Assembly: GCA_963977015.1 (NCBI GenBank)
Contig: CAXBMO010000016.1
Span: 1-64,000, forward strand
Origin: an uncultured bacterium
GTDB lineage: Bacteria; Verrucomicrobiota; Verrucomicrobiia; Verrucomicrobiales; DEV007
DNA: 64,000 bases
Direction: 5' to 3'
The position numbers were made by a program, and so were the translations under genes. Under the pieces are notes generated by a model that saw nothing but the letters and a program-made list of their open reading frames with translations, ran no database searches and was not told the origin of the DNA. Below are positions 51,012 to 60,901 of the stretch, one piece after another; position 1 is the first letter of the stretch, and each line of letters opens with the position of its first letter.

Positions 51012-52330
51012 ACCAGGAGCTCTTTGATCGGACCAATGCCGGAGTCGAATTTGGAGGCCATCTGCTCGCTCATGTTAAAGCGGTCACAGTGAACTCCGGC
51101 GGTATTGAGAATGGTCGAGTAAAGAGCGTTGATCGGGCGCTTGCCGTCCAGTTGGGTGAAACAACCGGACTTGAAGATGCCATCGCAATTGCCCAACAGC
51201 ATCACCGGCCAGTTGGCTCCATTGGTGTGCTGCTTATCGGCGTTGTTGCTGGTGTAGACGATCAGGGTGTTGTCCATCATGGTGCCACTGCCTTCCGGGA
51301 CGCTTTCCAGTTCCTCCATCAACCTCACCAACATGCGGCTGTTGTATTGGCGGATCTTGATCCAGATGGGATTGTCCTCCTGCTTCATGTGGCCCAGGTT
51401 GTGACCCTGTTGCTCCACGCCAATCCCTTTCCACGCGCCGAAAATCTCGCCACGGCCGGAACCAATCGTGAGCACACTGGTGATCCCGGATTTGAGGGCC
51501 GAAACCCCCAGATCGAGGAGGATGTCGTGCCAGTCGGTCTCGAATTCTGGGCTGGTGTAGCGATCGTCCACCTTGGGCGCAAAATTCCGCAGGTGATCCG
51601 AGACACTGCCGAGGCGTTCCCGCAGGCCGTTGATGTCGTTGAACCCCTGAACGTATTGACCGTAGCGTCGCTTATCCGTGGTCGGCAAAGCCCCACCCTT
51701 TGCCGCAGCCAACTGCTCGATGCGGTCGAACAGGCTGGACCTGGCCTCGTGCTGCTGGCGGATATCCCCCTTTGCAATGCCGCCGTAAAGCATCTCGTAA
51801 AGGTGATTCGGATTCGAGTGCATGAAAATGGGCTGTCCCGCACCGCTGGCCGACAGATTCGCGACCGTGGGTTTGCCTTTCATGTTCTCCAAAGAGTCCA
51901 TCCCGACGCAAAGGTGGGGAAGAAGCGTCTCGGGAAGCACCTTGCTCAATTCATAGTCAATCGTGGCTCCACTGGGCGGCACGCCATCGCTGCCACGGTA
52001 ACCGCCGAGCGCTCCGAAAAAGGCACTGTGCGACGGACTGGTGTGAACCCCGTGCAGGCCGTTGATAATGTGGAGGCGCTCCTTGTAGGCCTCCAAGGGC
52101 GCGATCGGCTCGGGCAACTTGACTCCGGCCAGCGATCCGCTGTTTTTCATTCCCGCGGGAACGCAGGTCGCCGGTTCAAACCCCTGATTCTGAAGGAAGA
52201 AAATGACCCGTTTCGGACCGCCACTCGTCGGGGTGGCGGCAGCTCGAAGGGAGCTGGGAAGCAGGGCGGAACTCAGTGCGGCACCAGCGCCAGCTGCGAT
52301 TCCTTGAAGCGTTTTTCGGCGATTGATCAT
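51008..52330 (-). CDS. DUF1552 domain protein (Tat signal)
   Basis: [45 protein letters not shown]; 4-bp overlap with the downstream gene. Confidence 0.85.
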   Translation of the reverse strand: MINRRKTLQGIAAGAGAALSSALLPSSLRAAATPTSGGPKRVIFFLQNQGFEPATCVPAGMKNSGSLAGVKLPEPIAPLEAYKERLHIINGLHGVHTSPSHSAFFGALGGYRGSDGVPPSGATIDYELSKVLPETLLPHLCVGMDSLENMKGKPTVANLSASGAGQPIFMHSNPNHLYEMLYGGIAKGDIRQQHEARSSLFDRIEQLAAAKGGALPTTDKRRYGQYVQGFNDINGLRERLGSVSDHLRNFAPKVDDRYTSPEFETDWHDILLDLGVSALKSGITSVLTIGSGRGEIFGAWKGIGVEQQGHNLGHMKQEDNPIWIKIRQYNSRMLVRLMEELESVPEGSGTMMDNTLIVYTSNNADKQHTNGANWPVMLLGNCDGIFKSGCFTQLDGKRPINALYSTILNTAGVHCDRFNMSEQMASKFDSGIGPIKELLV

Positions 52331-52589
52331 TTCGGATGATTGGCTCTTTTTGGGGGGAGGTCGTGGGGACGACCACACGAAAATCCGGTCGTCCGCACCC
52401 GTTTCACGGCAATATTTCCCGAAATCTTCCATCTCCGACCGGTTTTTTGCGGAATCTCCCCGCACGGTTGCGAAACCCCGTCCGTCCCTCCGCAAATCCC
52501 GCCTGAAAAGGCGTCGCCATCAATTTTCTCGAAAGCTCGTTCTCAGAAGTTGGCGTTCTCAAAAGACTGGTCTATGGATTGCCATGACT

Positions 52590-53636
52590 ATGAAAAATCC
52601 CGTCATTATACTCTCCGGTCTCGCCTTTTTGGCGATCGCAACCCTGGGAACTGCTCAATCCGGTCTCTGGACCGACCCGGCTGACGAAACGCTCCCCTTG
52701 GATTTCCAAATTCAGGGCGAATATGCCGGCGAAGGACTTGGTGCACAGGTCATCGCGTTGGGCGAAGGACGATTTCAGGCCGTTCTTTATACCGCCGGGC
52801 TTCCCGGCGCCGGTTGGGACCAGAAAAACCGGAGCCTGCTTGATGGCACCTTGGAAGGCGAGGTCGCCAACTTCAGGCCAGCCGAGGGCAATCGCAAATA
52901 CGTGGCCGCTTCGCCCGATGAGTTTTCCGCTTCCGCCAGTTTCCCACCGGAAGGCCACCAGCCTTACTCCGGGACCATCTCCGGCGACACGTTTTCCGGC
53001 AAGGACGCCGACGGCGCCGCCTTCCAGCTCACCAAAACGCTGCGGAAAAGCGAAACGCTGGGAGCTAAGCCGCCCGAGGGCGCGAAGGTTCTCTTCGATG
53101 GATCAAACAGCGATGCCTTCGCTGGTGGCCGCCTTGACGAGGCAACCAAACTCCTGAACACCGACGGGAAGGATATTCGGACCAAAGACAAGTTCAACAA
53201 CTACACCATGCACCTTGAATTCATGCTTCCGTTCAAGCCCGCCGCTCGCGGTCAGGGTCGGGGAAACAGCGGATTCTATCAAGTCGATCACTACGAAGTG
53301 CAGGTTCTCGACTCTTTCGGTCTCGAAGGGAAAAACAACGAGTGTGGCGGGGTTTACACCAAGGCCGAGCCGCTCGTGAACATGTGTGCTCCACCACTGA
53401 GCTGGCAAACCTACGATGTCGAATTCACCAACGCCGTGGCTGACGCCGATGGTAAGAAAATCAAGGATGCCGTGATGACGGTCCGGCACAATGGCGTCGT
53501 GATTCACGACAAGCTGGAAATCCCCGGAAAGACCGGCGGATCCCGAAATGAACCTGAGGGAACGCCCGGCGTGATCAAACTTCAGGGACACGGAAACCCG
53601 CTTCAGTATCGCAACATCTGGATCGTCGAAAAGTAA
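52590..53636 (+). CDS. DUF1080 (3-keto-disaccharide hydrolase family) protein
   Basis: Signal peptide; PPEGAKVLFDG, LHLEF-like MHLEF, GRGNSGFY, YEVQVLDS, WQTYDV, LQGHGNP.YRNIWI. Confidence 0.9.
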   Translation: MKNPVIILSGLAFLAIATLGTAQSGLWTDPADETLPLDFQIQGEYAGEGLGAQVIALGEGRFQAVLYTAGLPGAGWDQKNRSLLDGTLEGEVANFRPAEGNRKYVAASPDEFSASASFPPEGHQPYSGTISGDTFSGKDADGAAFQLTKTLRKSETLGAKPPEGAKVLFDGSNSDAFAGGRLDEATKLLNTDGKDIRTKDKFNNYTMHLEFMLPFKPAARGQGRGNSGFYQVDHYEVQVLDSFGLEGKNNECGGVYTKAEPLVNMCAPPLSWQTYDVEFTNAVADADGKKIKDAVMTVRHNGVVIHDKLEIPGKTGGSRNEPEGTPGVIKLQGHGNPLQYRNIWIVEK

Positions 53637-53675
53637 ACCCCACCCTCCCCTTTCCATTTCCAAAAACCCTCAGTC

Positions 53676-55061
53676 ATGACTAACTCCAATCGTCGGAACT
53701 TCCTCCGCAATTCCGGTCTCGCCGCCGGAGCCACCCTTGGTTTCCCCGCCATTGTGCGCGGGCAGAACCTGAACTCCAAAATCCGCGTCGCCTGCATCGG
53801 CGTTGGCGGCAAGGGAGACAGCGATACCAAGAACGCCGCCAAGGAAGGTGGCGAAATCGTGGCGCTCTGCGATGTCGACACCAAGACCCTCGACCGCATG
53901 GCAACGAACTTCCCGAAGGCCGCGAAGTTCCAGGATTTCCGCAAGATGTTCGAGAAAATGGAAAACGAGATCGATGCGGTCACGGTTTCCACGCCCGATC
54001 ACATGCACGGGTGCGCCGGCATCCTGGCGATGCAGCTCGGCAAACACGCCTACGTCCAGAAGCCGCTTACCCAGACCGTTTGGGAAGCCCGCATCATGCG
54101 TGAGCTGGCCCGCGAGAAAAAGCTCGCCACCCAAATGGGAAACCAGGGCAGCGCCGAAAACGGCCTTCGCCGCTCAGTTGAAGTCATTCACGGTGGTGTC
54201 ATCGGCAAACCGCTCGAACTCCACGTTTGGACGAACCGCCCCGTCTGGCCCCAGGGCCTCGCCCGGCCCGAAGGCTCGGATCCGGTTCCCGACAATCTCG
54301 ACTGGGATCTCTGGCTCGGCGCCGCGAAGGAACGCCCCTACAAGAAAGGCGTCTATCACTCCTTCAAATGGCGGGGTTGGAAGGACTTCGGAACCGGCGC
54401 CCTTGGCGACATGGCCTGCCACACCGTCAACATGCCGTTCCGCGCGCTCAAGCTCGGTTACCCGACCCGAATCGAGTGCGAATTCTCGTCTCGTGAGTTC
54501 CCGGAGACGTTCCCGTTGAGCTCCCGGATCCGGTTTGACTTCCCCGAGCGCGAAGGCTGGCCACCCCTCAAATTCTATTGGTATGAAGGCACCCCCAGAA
54601 AGGAATTCTGGCCAATCCGCCCTTACCCGGACCTCACCAAACACGTCGTTGCCTCCCAGGGCAAACTCCCCACGAGCGGCGCGCTCATCGTCGGCGACCA
54701 GGGCGAGCTTTATTCCGGCGACGACTACGGCCGTTCCTTCTTCCTCAAGCGCAACGACGAGGCCACCTACACCCCCGGCGATCAACACGAGGCCTGCAAA
54801 GCGATCCCCCAATCGATTCCGCGTTCGCCCGGTCACGTCAAAGAATGGTTCGACATGATGAAGGACGGAACGCCGGCTTACTCGAATTTCGAAGTCGCGG
54901 CCTACCTCACCGAAGTGATCCTCCTCGGTTGCATCGCGCAAAACATCGGCGAAGGACGCCCCATCAACTGGGACGGCCCGAACATGAAGTCGACCGACAA
55001 CGAGGAAGCGTCAAAACTGGTGAAACGCGACTACCGTCCCGGCTGGGAACCCAACGTCTAA
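53676..55061 (+). CDS. Gfo/Idh/MocA family oxidoreductase (Tat signal)
   Basis: NRRNFL, IGVGGKG, STPDHMH, YVQKPL, QMGNQ, WDLWLG, WRGW.DFGTGALGDMACH. Confidence 0.95.
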   Translation: MTNSNRRNFLRNSGLAAGATLGFPAIVRGQNLNSKIRVACIGVGGKGDSDTKNAAKEGGEIVALCDVDTKTLDRMATNFPKAAKFQDFRKMFEKMENEIDAVTVSTPDHMHGCAGILAMQLGKHAYVQKPLTQTVWEARIMRELAREKKLATQMGNQGSAENGLRRSVEVIHGGVIGKPLELHVWTNRPVWPQGLARPEGSDPVPDNLDWDLWLGAAKERPYKKGVYHSFKWRGWKDFGTGALGDMACHTVNMPFRALKLGYPTRIECEFSSREFPETFPLSSRIRFDFPEREGWPPLKFYWYEGTPRKEFWPIRPYPDLTKHVVASQGKLPTSGALIVGDQGELYSGDDYGRSFFLKRNDEATYTPGDQHEACKAIPQSIPRSPGHVKEWFDMMKDGTPAYSNFEVAAYLTEVILLGCIAQNIGEGRPINWDGPNMKSTDNEEASKLVKRDYRPGWEPNV

Positions 55062-55082
55062 CCAAAACCTTCTTTCCAACTT

Positions 55083-55988
55083 ATGAAGACCTTTACCCGA
55101 CGCGATTTTCTCCGCGCGACAACCGCCGTTGCTCCTGCGCTGGCTCTCAATCCCTCCCTGTTTGCGGAAAACGCCGATTCCGCCGGCCGCTTCCAACTCG
55201 GCATTCAGGAATACACCTTCAATCGCTGGCTCAGCAGCGGAAAGCTCGACCATCTCGACTACCCGGCGCTGGCGAAAGAGAAACTCGGCATCACCCACAT
55301 CGAATACTGGAATCGTCCGTTCAACGGCAAGCACACCGACACTGCCTATGTCGGCGAACTCGCCAAACGTTCCACCGGCGAAGGGATGAAGAATGTCCTC
55401 ATCCTCGTCGATGCCAAAAACCAGCTCGACTCCGCCGATGCCGCGCAGCGAACCCGCGCGGTGGACGAGCACAAGGGTTGGGTCGACTGCGCCGCGCAGT
55501 TGGGTTGCGACGCGATTCGGGTCAACTGCCGTTCCGGCGGCACGTTTGAGGACAACCTCGATCAGATGGCCGACGGAATGGGACGGCTCTGCGATTACGC
55601 GAAACCTTCCGGCGTCAAGATCGTGATCGAGCCGCACGGTGGCAACTCGCAGAATCCGGATTGGCTCCTCGCCGCGATGGAACGTCTCAACCACCCGAAC
55701 GCGGGTCTGCTTCCCGATTTCAACAACTTCGGCAGCTTCGACCGCTACGAAGGCGTCACCAAGAGTCTCCCCCACGCCGTCGCGGTCTGCGCCAAAGCAT
55801 TCGGCTTCGGCGAAGACGGTAACGAGACCAAAACCGACTATTTTCGCATGCTCAAAATCGTCCACGACTCCGACTACTCCGGCGTCATCACGATCGAGTT
55901 CGAAGGTCACGATCTTGATCCGGTTGAGGGAACGCTCAAGACGAAGGCGCTCATCAGGAAGGCACTCGACGCGGCTGCTGAAGGTTAG
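55083..55988 (+). CDS. Sugar phosphate isomerase/epimerase (xylose-isomerase-like TIM barrel; Tat signal)
   Basis: TRRDFL, AAQLGCDAIRVN, IEPHGG, LPDFNNF, ITIEFEG. Confidence 0.9.
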   Translation: MKTFTRRDFLRATTAVAPALALNPSLFAENADSAGRFQLGIQEYTFNRWLSSGKLDHLDYPALAKEKLGITHIEYWNRPFNGKHTDTAYVGELAKRSTGEGMKNVLILVDAKNQLDSADAAQRTRAVDEHKGWVDCAAQLGCDAIRVNCRSGGTFEDNLDQMADGMGRLCDYAKPSGVKIVIEPHGGNSQNPDWLLAAMERLNHPNAGLLPDFNNFGSFDRYEGVTKSLPHAVAVCAKAFGFGEDGNETKTDYFRMLKIVHDSDYSGVITIEFEGHDLDPVEGTLKTKALIRKALDAAAEG

Positions 55989-56602
55989 AGCTGGCCGCGA
56001 TCGAAGGATCGGAACGTGACCGAAATTCGGCGTCCTTGATAGCGGCTGCGTTTCGGAACTTCGTGCGTCCAGGTATCGTTGACCGCGTAGGGGATGATGA
56101 GGACGTCTCGGTCTCGCACCGTCAAATCGACCACCGGTTTCTTGGGTGCGGCGTAGGGCCGCATCCTGAAAATCCGCTCTTCGCCGAGCGAGATTGTGAC
56201 AATTGGTGCGCCGGCGTCGAGCTCCGGTTCGGTGTCCCGATGAGCGGCGATGTAGTGACCGAGGCTACCGTCATACCAGTTGACCAGCAACCCGTTGAGA
56301 TCGTCGTAGACGTTGGCTTTCACCCAATCCAGCATCGGCTGCAGCATCGCAGGCAGAGGCTTGGCCATGGCGGTTTGGCCGCTGAAGGCGTAGTCTCGCA
56401 AATAGCTCTGCTGCCAGCGCGGCATGTTGTGCTGTTTTCCGAACATCTTGATTTGGTGGAAGGAGTCCGGGTGCAAATCCCAAAGCGCCTCGAAATCCGG
56501 GGCAGCATCCGCCGGAAGTCGCCCCCCGAACACGACATCGCCTTCCGTCCCCAGCGGCAGGCTTTCGAAGTTTGAATCAAGGGAGGGTGGTGGGTTGGTC
56601 AT
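55985..56602 (-). CDS. AlkB-family 2OG-Fe(II) dioxygenase
   Basis: PRWQ, LVNWY, AHRD (HxD), ISLGEERIF, WTHEVP, RISVTFR. Confidence 0.92.
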   Translation of the reverse strand: MTNPPPSLDSNFESLPLGTEGDVVFGGRLPADAAPDFEALWDLHPDSFHQIKMFGKQHNMPRWQQSYLRDYAFSGQTAMAKPLPAMLQPMLDWVKANVYDDLNGLLVNWYDGSLGHYIAAHRDTEPELDAGAPIVTISLGEERIFRMRPYAAPKKPVVDLTVRDRDVLIIPYAVNDTWTHEVPKRSRYQGRRISVTFRSFDRGQL

Positions 56603-56740
56603 GGCTTCGGATTTGAGTCTTTCTGATGATGATACACTACGCCCCCGGTTCGCAGCAACCCGCACGGTTCCGAGGTCCGTCCGCTTCGGTCGCGCGACAA
56701 CTCCATTTCCAGCGCCGAAAGGACCACTCGTTCCCACCCG

Positions 56741-56754
56741 TGTTCTACAGAACT
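56741..56754. promoter_or_regulatory. Candidate Verrucomicrobia-type LexA box
   Basis: TGTTC-TACA-GAACT vs the TGTTC-N4-GAACA consensus (1 mismatch), in the divergent alkB / propeller intergenic region. Confidence 0.4.
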
Positions 56755-56770
56755 ACAAACGCCCATTCCC

Positions 56771-58036
56771 ATGAAACCCCTTTCTCTTTTCCTGTTGGCC
56801 GGCGCTCTTGTTCTGAGTTCCGCTTCCCATGCTGGTGACTGGCCAGCGTTTCGCGGCCCGAATTTCAATGGCATCTCGGAGGAAACCGGCGTGCCGACCG
56901 AGTGGGGTCCTAACCAGAATATTGTTTGGACCGTATCGCTTCCCGGTGAGAACAATGGAAGCCCGATCGTTTCCAACGGAAACGTTTTCGTGGTGAGTGC
57001 CGAGGATCGGGGAAAAACGCGCTCGCTGCATTGTTTCGACCGGACCAATGGCGAACAACGTTGGGTCAAGACGGTCAACTTTGGATCCGTAGAACCGACC
57101 CACAAAACGAATCAATATGGCGCTTCGACCCCGGCCGCCGATGGAGAGCACGTTGTGGTCTGGCATGATTCGGCAGGGCTCTTTTGCTACGATTTTTCAG
57201 GAAATCAAATCTGGAAACGCGACCTGGGCGAGTTCCGCCACATGTGGGGGTTTGGAGGTTCCCCCATCATCGTAGAGGGCCGCGTCATTCTCCATGCCGG
57301 CCCGGGCACAGAAGTCTTCCTAACCTCGATCAATCTCCGCACCGGAGAAACTCAGTGGCAAACTGAGGAACCGGTGAATGGAAATGGAGAACGAAATCCT
57401 GAAAACAAGTACATGGGATCCTGGAGCACTCCCGTTATTGCCCAGGTTGCTGGGAAACCCCTGATCATCTGCAGCTTCGCGACGAGAGTGAATGCCTACG
57501 ATCCAGCCACCGGAAACATCGTATGGAGCTGTGACGGCCTCAGCGGGAAGAAAGGCGACCTTTGCTATACCTCCCCCATTATTGCTGACGACATCTGCGT
57601 GGCGATGGGCGGATTTGGCGGTCCGGCGATGGGTTTCCGGATGCAGGGCAACGGTAACATCACCAATGAGCAGCAACTCTGGCGTAGCGAACCCAACCCA
57701 CAACGCATTGGCTCCGGCGTTTACGTTGATGGATACATTTTCGTGGCCAACGCGGGCCCCAATCTTCTCCAATGCCTTGATCCTGCCACGGGCAAAATCC
57801 TTTGGCAGGAGCGCTCTCCCGGCGGTGCCCACTGGGGATCGACGATTTACGCAGATGGCCATCTTTTTGCAACGGATCAGCAGGGAACGACCCATGTGCT
57901 GAAGCCCAACCCGGAGAAGTACGAATGGGTTCGTTCCAATCGCCTTTCCAGTCGAGGAAACTCAACCCCGGCCTTCTCCGACGGCCAGATCTTCATCCGG
58001 ACCTTCCAAAACCTCTATTGCATCGGCCAGCAATGA
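56771..58036 (+). CDS. PQQ-binding-like (BamB-like) beta-propeller protein
   Basis: Signal peptide, DWPAFRGP, NIVW...LPG..GSPIV, repeated TG..W blades. Confidence 0.9.
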   Translation: MKPLSLFLLAGALVLSSASHAGDWPAFRGPNFNGISEETGVPTEWGPNQNIVWTVSLPGENNGSPIVSNGNVFVVSAEDRGKTRSLHCFDRTNGEQRWVKTVNFGSVEPTHKTNQYGASTPAADGEHVVVWHDSAGLFCYDFSGNQIWKRDLGEFRHMWGFGGSPIIVEGRVILHAGPGTEVFLTSINLRTGETQWQTEEPVNGNGERNPENKYMGSWSTPVIAQVAGKPLIICSFATRVNAYDPATGNIVWSCDGLSGKKGDLCYTSPIIADDICVAMGGFGGPAMGFRMQGNGNITNEQQLWRSEPNPQRIGSGVYVDGYIFVANAGPNLLQCLDPATGKILWQERSPGGAHWGSTIYADGHLFATDQQGTTHVLKPNPEKYEWVRSNRLSSRGNSTPAFSDGQIFIRTFQNLYCIGQQ

Positions 58037-58049
58037 GAGCGCTGACCGA

Positions 58050-60122
58050 TCAGATCCTGCGCAGCAACCAGAAAACGAATCCGACCCACAGGACCGCGGC
58101 GGTGGTTCTCCATTCGTAAAGCGTTGGCAACGTGCACAGATCAAAGGAAATCGCGGGCACCTTCGCAACCAGAAAACTTAATCCCCAACCGACCACACCA
58201 ATCACGAGCGGGAACGCGACAAAGTTCCGCAGAATCCCCCCTTTGCGACGATAAGCCCGTTGGGAAATCGCGATCCGGAGATATCCAACCAAGGCCAGCG
58301 CTCCAAGGAGCGGGACAAGCAACGACTTCCGTGGGGTCCACCAGGATGGGAGCTCCACCGCCTTGGGCCAGTGTTGGAGAATCAGCATCGGAACGACACC
58401 GAGCAATCCAACGACGAGAACCGCCCAAACCAGGACGTTTCCCCAGCTCAACAGCCAGACGAACGCCGGCCAGGGATGCGTGCGATTTGGCTTCACCCTC
58501 TCCGTCGGGACTGGGAGGTTGGCAAACTCGCTTTTGTCGTTCAGCAGGACAAAGTCCGCGATCGTATCCCAGAATTTCTCCACTTTCCCAGCACCGTGGG
58601 AACCCGTCGCATATTCCAGATTGAAGACCGGCCCGTCCTCCGTCGCCTGATCGAATCCATTGTGGCTCGCGCCGCCCAGGTCCTGCAAATTGTAGAGATC
58701 AAAGAATCGCGGAAACCACGCCACCACCAGATCGCTGGTCGCCGTAAGATTCAACACGTTCGACGCCTGCTTCGCCTCGATGCGCTCCATCCAATTGTAA
58801 TTCTCCCGGACGATACTACCGGCAAAGACAATATTGTGAAAACGGCAGTTCGAATAGGTCTCCAGCGCCTTGGCCAGAACATAGGTGCCGTGGCTATGCC
58901 CTATGTAGCTGAACTTCGCGTTCGGATATTTGGCTTTCGTTTCGAGGTAACGCTCCATCAACCAGCCAACCTTGCTCCAGCGGATCGCCGGAATCAGAAA
59001 CGGCCCCATTCCAAAGTAGCCGTAGCTTTCGACCACCTTTTCCATCGTTTCCTTCTCGGAGTCCTTCGCCCGCTTCCAAACGCGCCGCGCAATCTTGTCG
59101 GTCCAATGCCCTTCGTCACGGATTCCATGGATCACGAACACCACGTGCTCGACGTTCCTTCGCCGCTCCAGTTCCTTGCTGGAAATTTCCCGCAATTCCC
59201 AGGGGCGAACCTCTTCGCGCTTCAACTCTTCATCACTGTAGGTCAGTGCCTGTTTCAACTTCTCCCGACGATGCTGCTCTTCGGGACTAATTCCCCGTTT
59301 TCGTTTCGTGAGCCCCATGTGCAGGATGTTGAGGTGCCCGGTCTTGGCCACATCCAGGTAACGAAACGCCTGTCCGGTTTCAAAGTCGATGTTGTCTTCC
59401 GGGCCAACGATGTCATCGACCGAGCCCAACAACTGAACCGTGTGGGGAAGCGGCGGCGCTTCACCCTTTGCCGAACGTTGTTCCTCCTCCAGCCAATCCA
59501 ACCGCATTTGGGTGAGAAATTTCGCGCCGCGTTCTCCGGAAGACAGGGTGAATTTCACCCAGGGCAGAAAAAACTCGATCGTTTTGGCGATCAACATCCC
59601 GGTCATCATCTTGACGACGCGCATTGGCCCCATGTGCCTGTTGACGGCGAATCCGCGGTTCACCGCAGCCAACAAGACCAACCGGTCCTCACCCGAAGTC
59701 TCGCCCCAATAGCGCCGTCCGGTCGCCGTCCAGCGCTGCTTCTCCGCCTCGTCCCAATGCTCCATCCTGCGACGGATGTAGGTCAGGAGGGCGCGGACGT
59801 AGATCCCCCCCATGCTGTGACCGATGATGTGCAGGCGAGTGTAAGTTCCCCGCTCCCAAATCTGATCCAGATCGTGGGTCAGATTCGAAAGAATCTTGTC
59901 AGGAGCCACCTGGGTAAACGGTTTGCGCCACGGCGCGATCGGCGCCCAGACATCCGCATCCGGACAGGCATCGAGCGAGGCCTCAATCACCGGGTCCAGA
60001 TGCTTCCATGAATTGAGAATCCCCGGCACAATCATCACCAGGGTTTCCTTGTCGCCTTCAAGCTTCGATTGCCCCTGACGATCGATCGTCCCCGTTTTCT
60101 TCACTGGAAGTTTGAGCCTCAT
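58050..60122 (-). CDS. Membrane-anchored protein with two tandem alpha/beta-hydrolase (lipase-like) domains
   Basis: IIGHSMGG...DDIV...TGH and VIHGIR...IGHSHGT...SDLVV...H; 3-4 C-terminal TM helices. Confidence 0.82.
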   Translation of the reverse strand: MRLKLPVKKTGTIDRQGQSKLEGDKETLVMIVPGILNSWKHLDPVIEASLDACPDADVWAPIAPWRKPFTQVAPDKILSNLTHDLDQIWERGTYTRLHIIGHSMGGIYVRALLTYIRRRMEHWDEAEKQRWTATGRRYWGETSGEDRLVLLAAVNRGFAVNRHMGPMRVVKMMTGMLIAKTIEFFLPWVKFTLSSGERGAKFLTQMRLDWLEEEQRSAKGEAPPLPHTVQLLGSVDDIVGPEDNIDFETGQAFRYLDVAKTGHLNILHMGLTKRKRGISPEEQHRREKLKQALTYSDEELKREEVRPWELREISSKELERRRNVEHVVFVIHGIRDEGHWTDKIARRVWKRAKDSEKETMEKVVESYGYFGMGPFLIPAIRWSKVGWLMERYLETKAKYPNAKFSYIGHSHGTYVLAKALETYSNCRFHNIVFAGSIVRENYNWMERIEAKQASNVLNLTATSDLVVAWFPRFFDLYNLQDLGGASHNGFDQATEDGPVFNLEYATGSHGAGKVEKFWDTIADFVLLNDKSEFANLPVPTERVKPNRTHPWPAFVWLLSWGNVLVWAVLVVGLLGVVPMLILQHWPKAVELPSWWTPRKSLLVPLLGALALVGYLRIAISQRAYRRKGGILRNFVAFPLVIGVVGWGLSFLVAKVPAISFDLCTLPTLYEWRTTAAVLWVGFVFWLLRRI

Positions 60123-60205
60123 ACGCAGATTCTTATCCTCTCATTCCCACCCTAAGAAAACGAACTCCCGCGCATCAAGCAAAACCTTCACGCGTCGCGG
60201 GACGA

Positions 60206-60240
60206 TTGACCTTGCGCGATTTCGTAGTACAATGTTTTAC
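60206..60240 (+). promoter_or_regulatory. Putative promoter/operator of the AbrB-Doc operon
   Basis: TTGACC-16 nt-TACAAT ending 8 nt before the GTG start; imperfect palindrome GTAGTACA-A-TGTTTTAC overlaps the -10. Confidence 0.55.
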
Positions 60241-60241
60241 C

Positions 60242-60472
60242 GTGATCAAGACCATCAAAAAAATCGGCAACTCCAAGGGCATCATCCTCGACGCTGCGCT
60301 GCTCGAACTGGCGCATCTGAAGGAGGGTGATGAGCTTTCGGTAACCGTTCATGACGGTGGGGCGCTGACGTTTACGCCGGTGCAAGCTCGGAATTTTAGC
60401 GATGAGGAATTCGATGCCGCAACGAAGAAGGCGCTCGATGACTACACCAACACTCTGAAAAAGCTCTCGTGA
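60242..60472 (+). CDS. AbrB/MazE/SpoVT-family antitoxin
   Basis: KTIKKIGNSKGIILDAALL..AHLKEGDEL. Confidence 0.9.
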   Translation: MIKTIKKIGNSKGIILDAALLELAHLKEGDELSVTVHDGGALTFTPVQARNFSDEEFDAATKKALDDYTNTLKKLS

Positions 60473-60476
60473 GCAG

Positions 60477-60878
60477 ATGATGAAAGACGAGATTCGTCAC
60501 CCCACACTCGAGCAAATTCGACGACTGCACCGTGCCGTTCTCGTCCAGCACGGAGGTAGCGACGGGATTCGAGATCTGGCACTGCTGGAGAGTGCCCTCG
60601 CAGCACCTCAAGCCACGTTCGGGGGTGAACCGATCATGTCTGATTTGGTGGAGATCGCGGCGGCTTATCTCTTTTATCTTTGCCGCAATCATCCCTTCAT
60701 CGATGGCAATAAACGAGTGGGATTGGCAACGTGTATCGTTTTCTTGAGGCTAAACGGCCTCGAACCGCCCCCGGATGGGCCTCTCTGGGAGGAACTCGTC
60801 CTCGACGTTGCCGCTTCAAAGTTGGATCGGGAGACGACGACGGAGCGATTGCGGGAGTTGCTGTGCACCAAGGGATGA
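60477..60878 (+). CDS. doc: Death-on-curing (Doc/Fic) toxin
   Basis: HGGSDGIRDLALLESALAAP, HPFIDGNKRVG. Confidence 0.92.
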   Translation: MMKDEIRHPTLEQIRRLHRAVLVQHGGSDGIRDLALLESALAAPQATFGGEPIMSDLVEIAAAYLFYLCRNHPFIDGNKRVGLATCIVFLRLNGLEPPPDGPLWEELVLDVAASKLDRETTTERLRELLCTKG

Positions 60879-60901
60879 AGGCGGAGGGATGAAGGATGAA
60901 G
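60874..60901 (+). repeat. Heptamer tandem repeat x4
   Basis: GATGAAG GCGGAGG GATGAAG GATGAAG between the convergent doc and araC stops. Confidence 0.6.

Noticed and set aside
56620-56720. Hammerhead ribozyme suggested by CTGATGA
   Set aside because: No matching stems or correctly placed GAAA core could be built.
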